Source: Acidobacteriota bacterium (GTDB taxonomy: Bacteria > Acidobacteriota > Aminicenantia > UBA2199). From it: a stretch of DNA of 64,000 nt. Numbering within the stretch: position 1 is the stretch's first letter; each line of letters opens with the position of its first letter. Under the pieces are notes generated by a model. That model worked only from the letters and a program-made list of their open reading frames with translations. It was not told the origin of the DNA and searched no databases. Both the position numbers and the translations under genes were made by a program. Location: the NCBI GenBank assembly GCA_022711715.1, contig JAKLEC010000003.1, forward strand, positions 1,256 to 65,255, in the 5' to 3' direction. Shown here in pieces: positions 63,811 through 64,000 of the stretch.

Positions 63811-63911
63811 GATCTCCGTCCGCGCCGGGCGCGTTGCGCGCTCCGTTCGTACTCAATGTACCACAAGTCGGCCCCTTTGTAAATTTGGCTCTTCTCAGAA
63901 ATTTGAAGAAA

Positions 63912-64000
63912 GTGATAGTGGTAGTGATAATGGTAGTTAAACACACTCGACCGATTTCTTTATGCTTTAAAGACCAAAATAAGTGCGGCTCTTTTTACAA
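63912..64000. repeat. Inverted hexamer-array element, copy 2 (GTGRTA class), truncated by the window end
   Basis: 63912-63941 is GTGATA GTGGTA GTGATA ATGGTA GTTAAA. It is preceded by AGAAATTT, as in the 54.7-kb copy. The partner arm would lie beyond base 64000. Confidence 0.6.

Noticed and set aside
60355-63882. 1175-aa plus-strand ORF opposite smc
   Set aside because: It is a shadow ORF of the SMC gene. The sequence is repetitive and L/A/G/Q/D-rich, mirroring the coiled-coil codons.

Overview
This is a high-GC chromosomal segment from a diderm (Gram-negative-type) bacterium; sampled 60-nt coding lines reach about 77% GC. All calls come from reading the sequence and ORF translations, with no database search. 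I found about 60 credible CDS and two tRNAs (His-GTG, Arg-TCG). I saw no rRNA, CRISPR array, transposase, integrase or reverse transcriptase. Housekeeping genes are pckA (3' end), tsaD, pnp, rpsO, a divergent uvrA-like gene, atpZ/atpI-like/atpB/atpE, lpxD, recN, miaB, ligA, acpS, a class A PBP, cobO and smc. Accessory envelope blocks sit between them: (i) a PilZ gene and an SPFH / ribbon-helix-helix / micropeptide / zinc-ribbon operon around a very AT-rich island at 7.7-9.9 kb; (ii) two pilin plus O-antigen-ligase/TPR modules with sigma54-type promoters at 24.4-28.7 kb; (iii) an adjacent ~18-kb Wzm/Wzt ABC-transporter-dependent glycan cluster at 28.8-47.0 kb with five SAM methyltransferases, a pyruvyl transferase, six glycosyltransferases and a visibly AT-richer three-gene insert. 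The least explained signal is non-coding. Several intergenic gaps hold long hairpin-type elements whose arms are tandem arrays of short oligomers, either GTRACGC heptamers (four copies in the first 17 kb) or GTGRTA hexamers (two copies at 54.7 and 63.9 kb). They sit right after stop codons and right before sigma70-like promoters. I do not recognise them as any named repeat family. Many long ORFs in the track are antisense shadow ORFs typical of high-GC DNA and were rejected.
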